Shown in pieces: positions 25,290 through 38,757 of a stretch of DNA of 64,000 nt. Under the pieces are notes generated by a model. The model ran no database searches and was not told where the DNA came from. It was given only the letters and a program-made list of their open reading frames with translations. Both the position numbers and the translations under genes were made by a program. Location: NCBI GenBank assembly GCA_951406725.2, contig OX597821.1, positions 98,952,001-99,016,000 on the forward strand, given 5' to 3'. Position 1 is the first letter of the stretch, and every line of letters starts with the position of its first letter. This DNA is from Octopus vulgaris. Its lineage: Eukaryota.

Positions 25290-26520
25290 AGATTGAAGGT
25301 TTTCGAATTTGTGACATAATTCACCACGTTCTGTGCTTCTTTCATATCAAATAATGCGTTGGACCAAAACCAGATTCCCCAATATACGAACTTGAAAACG
25401 TTACTAAAATGGACGCAACAGCTACATAAGTCTTAGGGTTGTTTGTAACAGATTTTTCATTTATCCAGTAATATCCAATTTCATTAAATGTGAATATAGA
25501 TTTCACTTGAAAATGGAAAGAACTTGAAACAAATTCTTATTTTAGAAATATGTCTAAATTTACACTTTCCGTTAAAGTTTACTGCAAATGGGGAAATGAT
25601 CCATTCAGAAATTTCTGTTTAGAATACTTTAAATCGAACTTTAAATCTTGTTGCAAAATTTTTAATCTGGTTTGTATAGATCAGCCATTCATCAAAAACA
25701 CTTTTTTCTGATTGCTCTATAGAGAACAAATTTACAAAATACTGAAGATGCGCCAACCCAAAGTACATTTGTATAAACTAAGTTCAACCTGGAAACTTAA
25801 AATAGCAGTCCTAGTCTCCAATAACTGTAACTTCTTTTGCATTTCATTAAATTTACCATATAAGTATGTCAGGTGCAAAACATGATTTTCTTTTACTTAG
25901 CTTTAACTTATTAGCAAGTGCAAAGTCTGTAATTCCTAAAATCTCCACTGATGCATTAGGTATCTCTAAGAGCCTTTGTAAGACACCTCCTAACCACCTA
26001 ACTTCTATATGAAGAAAATCTTTAAATAGGTGGGGTTTTTTTTAAAATATAAATTTGTAAAGAGTCGGGAATTAAGAGGCTTTGCTTTAATTGTATTTGT
26101 AATTCTGACGTATATCTTCAAACTTTCATGAAGTTCTTCTTTGAGGTTTTTACCAACAATATGTTGCTAGGTAAAACACAATGTTTTATAAGTACATTGA
26201 AACTTCTTGTTTCAGTAAAACTGAAAACTTTCTCTACCTACCTATCATCGCTGGTGCACCATCACATACATTAGAAAGTTGTCTCCTCTTTTAAGTAAAT
26301 TTTTAGTGAATTACCAAAATGGAATTCATCAATAACACAATTACCAGAATGATTTATTTTTCAAAACAATAAGAAAAAAATGTTGTTGGTAAAAACATAA
26401 TCTTATAAAAAAAATTGTACAACAACTTGCACCTTTCGAATAATATTGGTTTATCATTTACGGCAATGAATAGATATTGCATGATGCTAGCACATTATCT
26501 TCGTTGGATTTATCAGATTT
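25290..26520 (-). mobile_element. hAT (Buster/Charlie, ZBED8/FAM200-like) transposase relic
   Basis: Minus strand CDGAPAMIGR, KHCVL, TNTIKAKPLNSRLF, EVRWL, EWIISPFAV, FSSSYIGESGF (dimerisation-domain motif); many stops. Confidence 0.75.
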
Positions 26521-26699
26521 TATGAATGATTTTATACGGGAACAATTGCTGAAATGTTTTAAAATATTAAACAGTTTTATCTTTTTGTATCAGAGTGCAA
26601 CACGGCGGTATATACTCATTATGAGCGACAGTTATGAATTCCAATTTCACACAATCAGGCCTTGTATTAGGTGTACGCAATCTGGTACTAAGTCTACTT

Positions 26700-27392
26700 C
26701 ATCCTGTCAAAATTTTAATCACCCTCAGTTATCTATATGGACTACTTTAGGAAATTCTGCTTTAGAGGCATCCGTATCGAAAATGAACAGCGTAGATTGC
26801 GACCAGGTTAAACGCTTGTGTCTGCACCTTTTGAAGATACTGCAAATTACTTTACACGGTTTAGGGTTTCAAAAGAAACGCAGATTATATATGAACTACT
26901 TTGTTTCGTGCCTGGCTAATTCTGCTGCAAATGATCTTGCGCAGAGGAGGAAGATAATGTTAAATAATAGATCCATGTAGATCCATACTGACTCGGAAAT
27001 TGCGAGGATGTAAGCTGTAAGTCAGGAGAAAGAAGAAAGCTGTGATGGAAATAAGGAAGATCTTGTAAAAAGAGTCTCTATTGAAAGGTTAATTCAGTTG
27101 ACCGGTGAAATGGCAAAAATTCTAGAACGCAGTTTTATAACTGAACAAAAAATAATGAACGTTTATAATTTATTATTATACTGGCACTGTTATTCTAACT
27201 TTATTAATATTTCAAACGCTTTTCATTTGATGCTTCCTTTTCCTTTAACTGACCTGACTCAACTTACTGGAAATTTTAAAGGTTGATACGATGGTTAACT
27301 TTTGGGCCATTTGTTTCTTTCGAACTATCCGTGAGCTGGAAAACTCATTAAACTGGAACGCTCGACAGGTCCCAACGATGCCAAATGAGTGA

Positions 27393-27395
<3 letters not shown>
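26700..27395 (+). mobile_element. Probable pogo/Tigger (Jerky-like) transposase C-terminal relic
   Basis: TDSEIARM..KRVSIERLIQLTGEMAKILERSFITEQKIMNVY resembles TIGD/Jerky C-termini; Tigger-like end ggtcccaacgatgcc. Confidence 0.35.
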
Positions 27396-27427
<32 letters not shown>

Positions 27428-27552
27428 GGTCCCGGGTTGATTCGGGGTTAACCACAGTAAATAAGGTACTCAATACATAGCAGAGTAAAATTAATTTATT
27501 ATATAGAAGGAGCTTCTACAGGACTAGAACTGTTTCATTCAAGAGAAATCAT

Positions 27553-27591
<39 letters not shown>

Positions 27592-27645
27592 TATATTAGA
27601 AGGTTTGGAGATGATGTACAGGTATTATATATTAGAAGAAATGAG

Positions 27646-27690
<45 letters not shown>

Positions 27691-28046
27691 CAAACTTACT
27701 TAGAAATGGATGCGTGCGTTCTGTCGTGTAATAACAAGTTAATAAATAAAACATATGCATATATACATACATATATGTACGTAGTACGTACATCTACATG
27801 TATATATACATGCATATATGGGTACAGGACACAAAAAAAAACGTCGAACACAATGAGAGACGAAAACAAAACACAAAACCAAGGAACTGGACATTTTTCT
27901 TAAACAACGAAAAAATAGAGTACAGGACAAATAACACAAGGAACTATTCGATCCCATGGTTTATATATATATATATATTATATGTAGAAAAATACAAACT
28001 CTTCAGTCGCCGAAGCCCTCAATCTTCAGTCAGAACCGATCATGGT

Positions 28047-28079
<33 letters not shown>

Positions 28080-28092
28080 TTAAAGCTGCAAA

Positions 28093-28205
28093 AACATTAC
28101 AATAACTGCTACTCAGATCTTCAGTTCCGTTGCGTCGAGCAGTTGTGATCACAACTGCCCGACAAACGGGAACGTGAAACTCTGAGTAGCAGTTTTTGCG
28201 ATGTC
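28093..28205. repeat. Inverted dimer containing an HHR-like motif (28153-28194)
   Basis: aactgc-CCGACAA-acg-ggaa-cgt-GAAA-ctc-t-gag-TA-gcagtt; mirrored about tgatca. Confidence 0.7.
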
Positions 28206-28294
28206 TTTGCAGTTTTAATCAAAAAGCATATTATACTACCTTCGGTATTTGGGGTACTATTTTTTCCACCCTGTTTTGCTTTTATGTGCTTATT

Positions 28295-28337
<43 letters not shown>

Positions 28338-28400
28338 GCGCACACTCACACATACACACACGTGTGTGCGCGCATGCTTGTTATTATGTACGTATGCAGT

Positions 28401-28470
<70 letters not shown>

Positions 28471-30875
28471 ACTGTTCGCTTGTTGGTTAGGTCAGCTAAA
28501 AACTAGTCATTCCAGTGAAAGATAGGTATCATTTAGTAAATATAGGATTTTCAAGTTTCATGCCCAGATAGTGCAGTTGTCTGCGAAAACTGAGTTGGCC
28601 TCTGTTCCATCAAATAAGGGAGTCGAAAGAAAAAGGTGCGAAAGTAAATTCAAAAGGAGGTATTCTGCAATATATAATATAATGTAATCGTGGGACACTG
28701 AAAAAAAAATTAACATGCACATTAAAATAAACATATATGAGCGTACAAAAGCACATACGCATATATATTTCTCATTGATTTAGTCAGAAGCGGGAGAGCA
28801 ACGGAAAAAAAACCACGACTCTTCTAGTTACTGCAGCAGGAAACAGTGCAACAAGATATGGAGGTATGCTCAGCTTATAAAATTGTACGAATGTTTCTAA
28901 CAGCTTGTACCTCGTTAAAGGCAAAAGCGACGCAGTTGGTGGCATTAAAATGGGCAAAAGATTATGTTTATTCACCAAGAACAGGTACAGATCGGCCGTT
29001 TCTATTAACAAATTAACAAGTGTTATAAGGCATGGGTTGACTCAAGAAGGATCTTGTACCACGAATTCGAACGACCCGACACCAACTAATTGTGAAATGA
29101 ACTTCTTAGCCATTGGATTATTCCTACTCTCATAAATAAATGCAGATGCTTACATAATTGAATTTCTTCAGCGGTCACTACTTAAGTACGAGCCAAGCTC
29201 TACACACACATCTACACTTTTATTTAATCAGACACTTTCTTACTGTTATAGATTGCCCAAATTTTAACCAACCTTTCAAGTTTTTGTAAGACCTTGATAA
29301 TAAAAAAAACGGTTTAACCTCAATGATCTTAGAAAGACCGCAGTAAAATTTTAAAAATTTAAGGATCAAATGAAGCGGTAATGGAAATTAATGAAATGAT
29401 TGAAGTCACTCTAAATATCACAAAAATTCCCAGTTCAATTTGAGTTGAGATTTACTTTCTTCACTTTTTCTTAACGTGTGTTATTTTTCACTTTATTTCT
29501 ATCCAACTTTTTTTTTTTTTTCATAATTCTGTGCTTCCATTTTCCTTTCATATTCGTTCCTTTCATATCTTTTTCCTTTTTCTCATTAAAATCACTGCCT
29601 CTCCAGTCAAATCTCTCTTCCTCTTTCTATCCATCTCTTCCCTTCTTTACCCCTCTCTTTTATTTTATTTATTTATATTTCTTTTTCAGTCTTTTGTCAG
29701 CTGTTTTGTGTAAGCAGATAAAGGGACAGTTTGTTCTGGCGGCAAAGCAGTGGTTGTGAATTCATCATGACGAGCCCCCTCCCTGAACATTCTGGATTCG
29801 CTCGAACCGGAGTAGGCAAGCTACATAATGAGTAACCACGCCTCTCTTGTTAGAAACGGACAGGATGGAGCACTGAACTAATGGAAGGTCAAATCTAACA
29901 AATAGACATTGATGGTTAGAATGTGTTTAGTGAAAGAAAGATTAACAGGGGCTTGTTGAAGGTCTCTATGATGTATATGTTCACGTCTGTCTGGTGCGTA
30001 GATAAAAATACTGACATCAAATTCGTAATGGGAGAGCCGATTTTATGAACTGGGTACTCATTACCTCCGAAGCCAGGCTTCCACTATCGTCAGTCAACAG
30101 GCCGGTTGGTAGTTAATAGAGAATGGAAAGAGAAGTAACTAAAGAATTAAAGGTACAGGTTTGAAAGGCGTTGCCATGAGGGATCTCACATAAACGAACT
30201 ACGGGGAAAACGCTTTCATATTGCAATTAAGAGAGGGTTGTTAGGGAACAACTATTATTTCCAGCTGGAAAGAGTAGGGAGTAATAGTGTGGGAAAATTC
30301 ATGAAATGAACAGTGACAATATGTAAAATATTATTGAGTATGAATGGAATGGAATGAATGTTTATGTGTTTATATATGTATGTGTGTGTGTGTGTGTGGA
30401 GAGAGAAAAAAAGACTTAATGAGTTTGAGAAAGATCGGAAATGCGCGTGTAAGCGGGAGAATAGAGAAGCAGAGAGGGAAACTGCGTGTTGTGTATGTAA
30501 CAAACACGGCAATATATCTTTGTATGCCAGGTTTTTACAGAAGAATTGGTGTATGAATGCGTGTAAGAGTTGAGCGCGTGTGAAGGGAAAGATGACAGAC
30601 GAGAGGATGTACAACGAGGACAGAGAGAATCAAAATGAAAGTGTAGATGAAAGAAAGAGATATTTTACCAGACGACATATCGAATACTTAATGAGAAGTG
30701 AGCAGAAAGCATTATTAAGAGCCAAGCGACTGCTACTACTGCTGTAGTTACTACTGCTAGTGACGGTAAAATCATTTCAAGAGATTTTACATGCATAGTT
30801 GTTTACATTTTCGTAACAACAGTAACAGTATACTTACATGTGATAGGAACAGTCAATATCCAAAATTTATTATAA

Positions 30876-31000
30876 AATAGCAGTATAACCCGGCCTTGCC
30901 CGGGACTAAGTTACGATTATTAAGCTAATCAAGTTCTTTATTTCAAACCAAACTAAGTAATATAGACGTCAAATTTGGGCGAAATCCGTTGAAATTAGTT
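30876..31000 (-). mobile_element. Helitron 3'-end fragment
   Basis: Minus strand cccgggcaaggccgggttatactgCTAT. Confidence 0.55.
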
Positions 31001-31089
31001 ATATATATATTATATATATATTATATATATATTATATATATATTATATGTATTATATATATATATTTTATATATATATCATATATATAT

Positions 31090-31290
31090 TATAAAGGGAA
31101 AGTTTACGAAAATAAACAAAAAACGAAGGCAGGTGGAGTTCAAACAAACAAATGTATTAGTATAGCGCTCAGGAATAGAAATAGAAGAAATCTTTTACGT
31201 TTCGAGCCTACGCTCTTCGACAGAAAGATACACAGAAAAAAACAAGGAGAGAAAAAAATGCGTATAGGAGCTAACGATCTATCATGGCGT
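31090..31290 (-). mobile_element. Second copy of the 23570 repeat with HHR-like motif (31191-31228)
   Basis: tcttt-CTGTCGA-a-gagc-gtag-gctc-GAAA-cgta-aaaga. Confidence 0.65.
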
Positions 31291-31654
31291 CCTGACTTAT
31301 ATAATATAATATAAATATATATGGGCAACAGACACGAACACACATACACACACGTACGTACGTACGTACGTACGTACACCTATTGCATGTTTTGTGCACG
31401 CTTACATGTTCATAAACAGAAATGAATGGAAAAAATGTTGTTAAAATTGTAAGATTAACACTCGCACAATTTTAACTAAGAAAAAAAATCGGGGTTTTTT
31501 TTTTGCGCGGAATCAACTACTCTGGCATCGTAATATGCTACAAAACCCTTTTTGTGGTCCGTGAAACGGAGTGGGGTGTGGTGGAAGCCTCGGAATTTGT
31601 ACCCATTTATATTGTGTAATTCACTGGCAAATTGTTACTCACCTCTTTGTTTAT

Positions 31655-32200
31655 CATAGCAGCCCAGGATCAATGCCGACCAACAAGAAGTTACCAGGCA
31701 ACATCTTAAAGAACAGCAGTAGCCCAACACGTCGTGTATGTAAACAATAAAATGATCATGTCTTCTCCATGTGCAGCAATTTTGCGCCTACAGAGTATCT
31801 CAACAGGCATGATAGAGTATATTCACTGAGTAATTTGCAAAGACTTGGACCTACCACATGATAAAAACTGATCACATCTCACCTCTTGGAACTTTACTGT
31901 TCAAACTGACAGAAAGATAGATGCAATAGGCCAGAGATTGTATTGAAGGATTTCAGACAAAAATCATGCCCGCCTCATCGATATAAATGTACCTGTCAAG
32001 ACCTACCAAAAAAATGGGCAAATATAAAAATCTTGAAACAGAAATTGGCATAATGTTTCTACATTATGCCTCAAGACTAAAACAATACCTGTTGTCATAG
32101 ATGTCCTAGGAATGATAAGGAAATCCAAACATGGAAGAAATTCAAAAAATAGTGCTCATAGGAACTGCTCATATCCTCCGAAAAATATTGTCTATGTAAT
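31655..32200 (+). mobile_element. R4/Dong-like RLE domain relic
   Basis: AAQDQC.PTR, YLNRHDR, WNFTVQTDRKI, KYKNLETEI, TIPVVIDVLGMI, QKIVLIGTAHILRKILSM*. Confidence 0.8.
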
Positions 32201-32399
32201 CCTAAGAACATTTTAATTTGTAAACATTGTCAAATGTACTTTTAAATGTACATAACAGCAAACAATTTTTACACTATTATCATATAATCAAATTACTTTT
32301 AAAACAAACTTCCTTCTTATGTTTTGACAGACTTTCTCTAGAACAATACCCTGTGCAAAACCAAAAATATAACACCCTAGCTATAATACCTGATGATGA

Positions 32400-32995
32400 G
32401 TACCAAGATGGAGGAGAAAAATTTCTTCTGAATATACCAAAAGAGTGAAAAAGCTATGTAGATCCACGCTGAATACCTCTAAAGGCATCAACTCATGAAC
32501 TGCAGGTTTGGTTCGCTATTGCGCAGGAGTTGCGAAAGAAATAATTGATCAACGTAGACTAAAGAAAAACTGTGAAAATGATGATTGTGCACGAGTGCTC
32601 TCATACTAGAAATGACGTGGCGTGACTTTACTTACCTAGAAATGAAGGTGGAAGAAGATTGGTCAGAAAGGAAGATGGTGTTTTGAAGGAGAGCAAATTC
32701 TTGCATGCCTATGTGAGGAATAGTAATGAAAGAGTATTGCAGGCTGCACTGAGTGAGACAGTGATCAGTGATCAGTGATCAGTATGATGAGACTCTCAGG
32801 AGTATAATATGGGGTCTAAGAGAAAAAAGATCATCAACTGGAAAGTGAAAGTCTATTACAGAGAGTTTTTCTAGCAAACATCAGATTAAGCTGATGAAGA
32901 ACCTTGGAAATGGTTAGAACATGGTTTATTTTAAAGATGGAGCCAGAAGGAATAATTCTTTTTGCTCAAGAACAAGCTTTACAAAAACTATATCT
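32400..32995 (+). mobile_element. R4/Dong-like thumb-region relic
   Basis: LYLPRNEGGRRL, WKWL, EGIILFAQEQAL. Confidence 0.7.
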
Positions 32996-32999
32996 AAAA

Positions 33000-34345
33000 A
33001 AATATATGCACTTGGAGCTATTTTTTCCTTTGGTTCCCGGAGTAACTAAGAGCAAAACAAATGCTCCACAGAATATTTCCGCATCGCGTGGGGGTATTTC
33101 TTTGCTGTATTATTTATCCGTAAATAAGTCATTGATGATATTTTCATCAACTTGTGGCACCCTTCTATTTCCTCTCTTACCAATGCAGCTTTTACCGATT
33201 TTTGATCTTACAGTACCTCCATCAACTTTTACTTATGAACAAGACAGGGAACTGGTGGATGACAGTGGTCTTCCCATTGAAACCATGATCCTTATGGTCA
33301 TCAGGCTTGAGTGATCGCTTCTCCTACCCCCTCTGAATTGTCAGTTTTACTAATCTCCTTCTTTTCACCACAAGACAATTTGCTAGAAACATTACCGTGA
33401 GCCATTTTACCGAAACCTTTTATCTCCGCGGTCACTGAGTTTTGCCATCACACTTGTAGCACTTCACTATCATCTGGGACTCTCACTATCATCAACACTG
33501 AACTCTTGATATAGCATGGTTCAGAGGCGATTTTATAATCCTATGGTGTTACCTGTTCTACTTGGTCCTCTGTCCAATATTTTGTGCGAGTTTCTCGTGT
33601 TCTCATGACCTCTGAAAACATTTTCACGAAATTCATGATCAGCTGTGAGTCGATGCTTTTTTTTAATATCATCGAGCTGGTTTTCACCTTTCGTCACCTC
33701 ATGTATATTGTATGGATCAACTTATGGTACCGAAACCCTGGCATTAACCAGTATAAAAGACTTCTTGTTACACATGGGTCAAAACCTTTGCAGAGGAAAA
33801 GAAGTGTGTATATTAAGCTTCAATTTAATATCAGAAAGAACATAATCACATTGAACCTATTTTCCACGAATTCTTCAGGTAAACAAGTGATAGTCCGACG
33901 TGAGGTACTTAACTCATTTCTCCTGCTTCTGCTGGATTTTTGTAAGGCCCAACACGTACTAGTCTCCAACTTTGTTGGTGTTGATTTCTATTGTTGTTGT
34001 TCTCCACTTGCTCTTGTTTATGTTGGTGTTGAAAGTGGCAATAGTAGAGTGAGTAATTGTGATATTGTAGTTGTTGCCACTATTATTTGTGGCAATGGTC
34101 GGAGCAGTTGGAGGCGTGTTGCTGAATGCGCTACTATTCTTGTTGATAGTAGTATTCCGTTGCCATTAGTACTACCATAGGGTGTTAGTGTTAGTACTGT
34201 TGGTAGTATTGTCGGTTAGGATAGCTTGCTAATGTTGTTGTTGTTGGGTAAGAAAGAGTTTGTACCAAACGTAACCTCGTTACTACTACTATTGATCACT
34301 TTAACGAGCAGTGGAGGCTTGCATGCGATTTCCTCCGCCATCTTC
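33000..34345 (-). mobile_element. Degenerate ORF relic, possibly LTR-retrotransposon gag-protease
   Basis: Starts aagATGGCGGAG; later VKCYKCDGK (knuckle-like) followed by VKVDGGTVRSKIG (protease-like); many stops. Confidence 0.35.
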
Positions 34346-35676
34346 ACCAACTAGAAGAGGTAGGAACTATTTTCGGCCCCACAACCACCACCAACAGTAT
34401 TGTCTCCCCACTCTCCTCTCTTTATTGATTCTTCTCCCGAAATACTGTTTCTACAGAAATATTTTTGATTGGTAATTATGGTCGTTTCTAATTTTAATCA
34501 AACTATATATTCATTGATATCAAGATTTAATCTTTGTCTTTTCCTGTAAATTTTTTAAAAGACTTCATTTCTTACCTCTCATATGTTGTGGCATGCATAT
34601 GGATATGTTTGTGTGTCACTGTGGAGCAATTTTTTCTAGTTAACCATCTGCTAAAAATATAGTCTCATTATAAAAAGACTAACGTAATAATTGTCAAACA
34701 TGACTGGGTTTATCACTGTTTCCTTTCAGAAATTATACTTTTTACTTTAACTTTTGCTTTATTTCCTTCTTATGTTTCCTTTCATCAACTCATCTGACTG
34801 CTTGCGTCCCTTACTAACTGACTGTTGGTTATATCTCTCTTTTAGTCTCTCTTATACACTATCCTTTATTTCCCTGTCAATCGATCCAATCTTCATCTTT
34901 CAATAACACTTTCTTTTCTCTCTTTCATCTCGGCATAACCAAGGCTTTCGCCTTTCCCATTATTTACAACACCCCTCTCAATGTCTTTGTCTCTCTCCCC
35001 CTTTTTTTTTGTTTTTATTTACCGATCCATTTCTGGAGTTTTTTGTATCTCTTCCATCTCAGCACAAACACTGCTTTCGCTTTTCACATTATTTCATCAC
35101 GTTAGCTCTCTAATCCTCTTATTTATGAAGAGCTCATTCTTCTTTCCATCTCTCCTCATTTACTCGCTCTATTTCTTTCTTGTCCACTCTTTCACTGTCT
35201 GCTCGCCAGACTGCCTGCTCACTTACTGGTTAACTACTGACTAACAGCTGTTTATTTCTCTCTGACTCATTCCTACTCTATCAATCTTCAATTTTTCTAT
35301 TTATTTGTCTCATGTCCACCTTCCTCACCGGCACCACTGTTTTCTTCTCCCACGGTGCAACAGGAAGATGGAAACAGCAAATATAGAAAAAGGGCATGTT
35401 ACCCGGCACTGTACATTGAGAGATTGTGTCATCGTTCATTTAGCTAAAACAATATTGTATGATGATATTGTTGCATTAATTCGGATTTATTCAGAAATTT
35501 ATTTTCAGTCTATGAAGTAATTACTCTTGTATCATCACACAGACTAAACTTCTGTCTTAGTATATAGCAATTCCTAAATCTTTAGTTAAATCTCTCATTT
35601 GCAATATGGGTTGTTTTCTGATGTGATACTTGTGTTCCAGTATGACGTTGGGGGTGATGATAAAATAATAAGATAA

Positions 35677-36070
35677 AAGTAGCTTGCTAACCAACCACAT
35701 TGTTCCGGGTTCAGTCCCACTGCGTGGCATCTTGGGCAAGTGTCTTCTGCTATAGCCCCGGGCCGACCAATGCCTTATGAGTGGATTTGGTAGACGGAAA
35801 CTGAAAGAAGCCCGTCGTATATATGTATTATATATATATATATGTGTGTGTAGATTTGTGTGTCTGTGTTTGTCCCCCTAGCATTGCTTGACAACCGATG
35901 CTGGTGTGTTTACGTCCCCGTCACTTAGCGGTTCGGCAAAAGAGACCGATAGAATAAGTACTGGGCTTACAAAGAATAAGTCCCTGGGGTCGATTTGCTC
36001 GACTAAAAAGGCGGTGTTCCAGCATGGCCGCAGTCAAATGACTGAAACAAGTAAAAGAATAAAAGAAAAG
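35677..36070 (+). mobile_element. SINE family A
   Basis: agtagcttgctaaccaaccac...cttgggcaagtgtcttct...gactgaaacaagtaaaaga. Confidence 0.9.
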
Positions 36071-36652
36071 AAGAATACACTTTAGATTTATGAAATAGAA
36101 AACATCAAAGAGGAGTAGTATACCAAATATCAATATATTTCGAAGATGTAATAAGTAATAATAAATAAATAAATAAATAAATAAATAGATAAAAATAAAA
36201 GACCCACTGATTCCTTTTCTGCTTCATTTTCCTTCTTAATTAAGTATGGCAGCCTTAACATTGATGTTGGCCATAATTAGATTCATCATAGTTTTTTTTT
36301 TTATCTCGTTGAGACGCTTGTTGGGAATGTAACGGGCACATTTTTTTGCCAGAGGCGGTGTTGGGTCTTAGATATGACACATTTATGAAGAACCTATAAT
36401 CGGTTTTTGGTTAAATGAAGCAAATTGCAATAAGCCATGTGTTTCCATGAATTTATATACGACTTAACTGTGTCACAGTTTTAAATATAATCAAGGACTT
36501 CGCAGAAAAATTAAGTGTGTGTGTGTGTGTGCATGTGTGTTTGTGTGTGTGTGTGCGTGTGTGTGCGTGTGTGTGTGTGTGCGTGCGTGTGCGTGCGTGT
36601 GTGTGCGTGCGTGTTCACACACACATACACACACACACACATATATAGATAC

Positions 36653-37252
36653 ATGATGTTGCTATTTATGTGCTCTCTCAACGAGATACCAAGCATTGAC
36701 CTTTCCATGGCTCTTTGAGCCGTTATCAGTCTTTGCTCTTCTCTCTTTGTGGTAGCCCATGTTTCACTACCATATAACATTGCAGGCAGAACTGCACTGT
36801 TAATAAGGTTGGCGCGGGTGGTCCTGTCCAACCTTCCCTTGAGCACATCCCTTATGCCATTGAACGCCTTCCATCCGGCCCTTACTCTCCGTGAGATCTC
36901 TTTTTTGATATCCCGGCATAAAAAACATAAAAAACATAAATAGCAACATCATCAGAAAGAAGTCCGGCGTGAGAGATGTCATCGCAGAGTATACTCGCAG
37001 CAAGTATAGATGGGCTAAACACGTCGCCCGGCTCACCGATAATCGGTGGACGCACGCAGTTGTCGAGTGGTACCCGCGTGAGCGGAAAAGACCACCGGAA
37101 GACCTCCACGACGGTGGAGTGACGATTTCAAGAGGACGATTGGGATCACGTGGTTGAGAAAGGCGCGATCCAGAGAGGAGTGGACAGCGTGCTGTGAGCA
37201 GCGGTGTCAAATGGACGCCTGACGGACTGGTCGGTCAAAGTGATCAAAGTGA
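36653..37252 (+). mobile_element. RTE-clade LINE 3' end with 5' inversion
   Basis: 36653-36915 (minus) encodes AGWKAF..VLPAMLYGSETW..QRAMERSMLGISLREHINSN; it continues on plus from 36935 as IIRKKSGVRDV..KYRWAKHVAR..WYPRERKRP; tail (caaagtgat)2. Confidence 0.9.
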
Positions 37253-37348
37253 TATACATACATACACACACACACACACATGCATAATCATATATATATG
37301 CAAACGTTTATACATATATGTAAATACATACAGACACACAAATATATA

Positions 37349-37428
37349 CAGTAATCCCTCGCCATATCGCGGTTCACCAATCGCGGGGGTTTTGGAACAT
37401 AACATCCGCGATATTCGAGGGATTGCTG
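37349..37428. mobile_element. 80-bp pogo/Tigger-type MITE
   Basis: TIRs cagtaatccctcg..atatcgcgg / ccgcgatat..cgagggattgctg, flanked by TA. Confidence 0.75.
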
Positions 37429-37954
37429 TATATATTTGTAAGGTAACTTTTCTGCGGTACTAGTAACATATAAAGCAGTACAACCTGTTGCATGATCGGG
37501 ATGTCAGTGACTAAACCGGCAACGCTCAAAACCTGCAGAGAAAACTAAAACATAAAACAATATGATTTTAACAACAGATATGAAGATATTGAGTTTTCAC
37601 ATTGTGGTTTCACATTTAGGTTTCACATTAGGCTCATATCATAATAGTAATGTCATTGCTTCAAGCAGAATTTTGATTGACGTGCATTTAAAAAATAAAA
37701 CCGTAAATTTTCCAACACACTGTAATTTGTGACAATGTGGCAGTAAGTTTACGTTCTTAATCTTTAAATCCTATTATGGCATATTTACACTCAGTGACAG
37801 GGTCGGATCCCCACTATAACAGTTGCTAAAGACTTAACATTAATTATAAACTGTATAGTTCTGAAATTTCACGTGGTGGTTAACTGTCTCAAATGACATA
37901 GTTTTTCCATGAGCAATGTACAGGGGTGCAAAAAGGTGAATATGGTTAAATATT

Positions 37955-38757
37955 GGTTTCAAATTTTGGGTCTAGGCCGGCAGTTTCGGGGAAAGGGTAA
38001 GTCTGTTACATCGATCCCTGTGCTCAACTATTAATTATTTTATTGGCCCTGAATTATTTTATTGACCACGGCTGCATTTGGTTTAAAGTTGAAAGAAATG
38101 CCGGTAAGTATTTTTCCCGGCGCGTAAACAATTTTGCCAGCTCACCGCCGTAATATGATTAAATATTGATTTCAAATTTTAGTACAAGGCCAGTGGTTCC
38201 AGGAGAGTGGGTAAATCGATGGTGCGGTGAGCTGGCAGAATCGTTAGCGCGCCGGGCGAAATGCTTAGCGGTATTTCGTCTGTCGTTACGTTGTGAGTTC
38301 AAATTCCGCCGAGGTTGAATTTGCCTTTCATCCTTTCGGGGTCGATAAATTAAGTACCAGCTACGCACTGGGGTCGATGTAATCGACTTAATACCTATGT
38401 CTGTCCTTGTTTGTCCCCTCTATGTTTAGCCCCTTGTGGGTAATAAAGAAATAGGTATTTCGTTCTGCGTTACGTTGTGAGTTCAAATTCCGCCGAGGTC
38501 GACTTTGCCTTTCATCCTTTCGGGGTCGATAAATTAAGTACCAGTTACGCACTGGGGTCGATGTAATCGACTTAATACCTATGTCTGTCCTTGTTTGTCC
38601 TCACTGTGTTTAGCCCCTTGTGGGTAATAAAGAAATAGGTACTTATTTTATCGATCCTGAAAAAATGAAAGCAAAGTCGACTCAGAACGTAAAGACAGAC
38701 AAAATTTCGCTGAGCATTTTGTCCAGCGTGCTAACAATTCTGTCAGCTCGCCATCTT
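37955..38757. mobile_element. Cluster of SINE family B copies (minus relics; plus tandem pair 38220-38640 nested in a minus copy)
   Basis: gagctggcagaatcgttagc (A box), gagttcaaattcc (B box); 3' part duplicated at 38456-38640. Confidence 0.85.

Noticed and set aside
28787-28865. Possible host exon (tttag|tcagaagc...ggag|gtatg)
   Set aside because: Splice-like ends only; no recognisable protein and no partner exons.
29690-30250. Unique-looking segment after a polypyrimidine tract (exon or enhancer)
   Set aside because: Only short ORFs and no recognisable motif; cannot be supported without transcript or conservation data.
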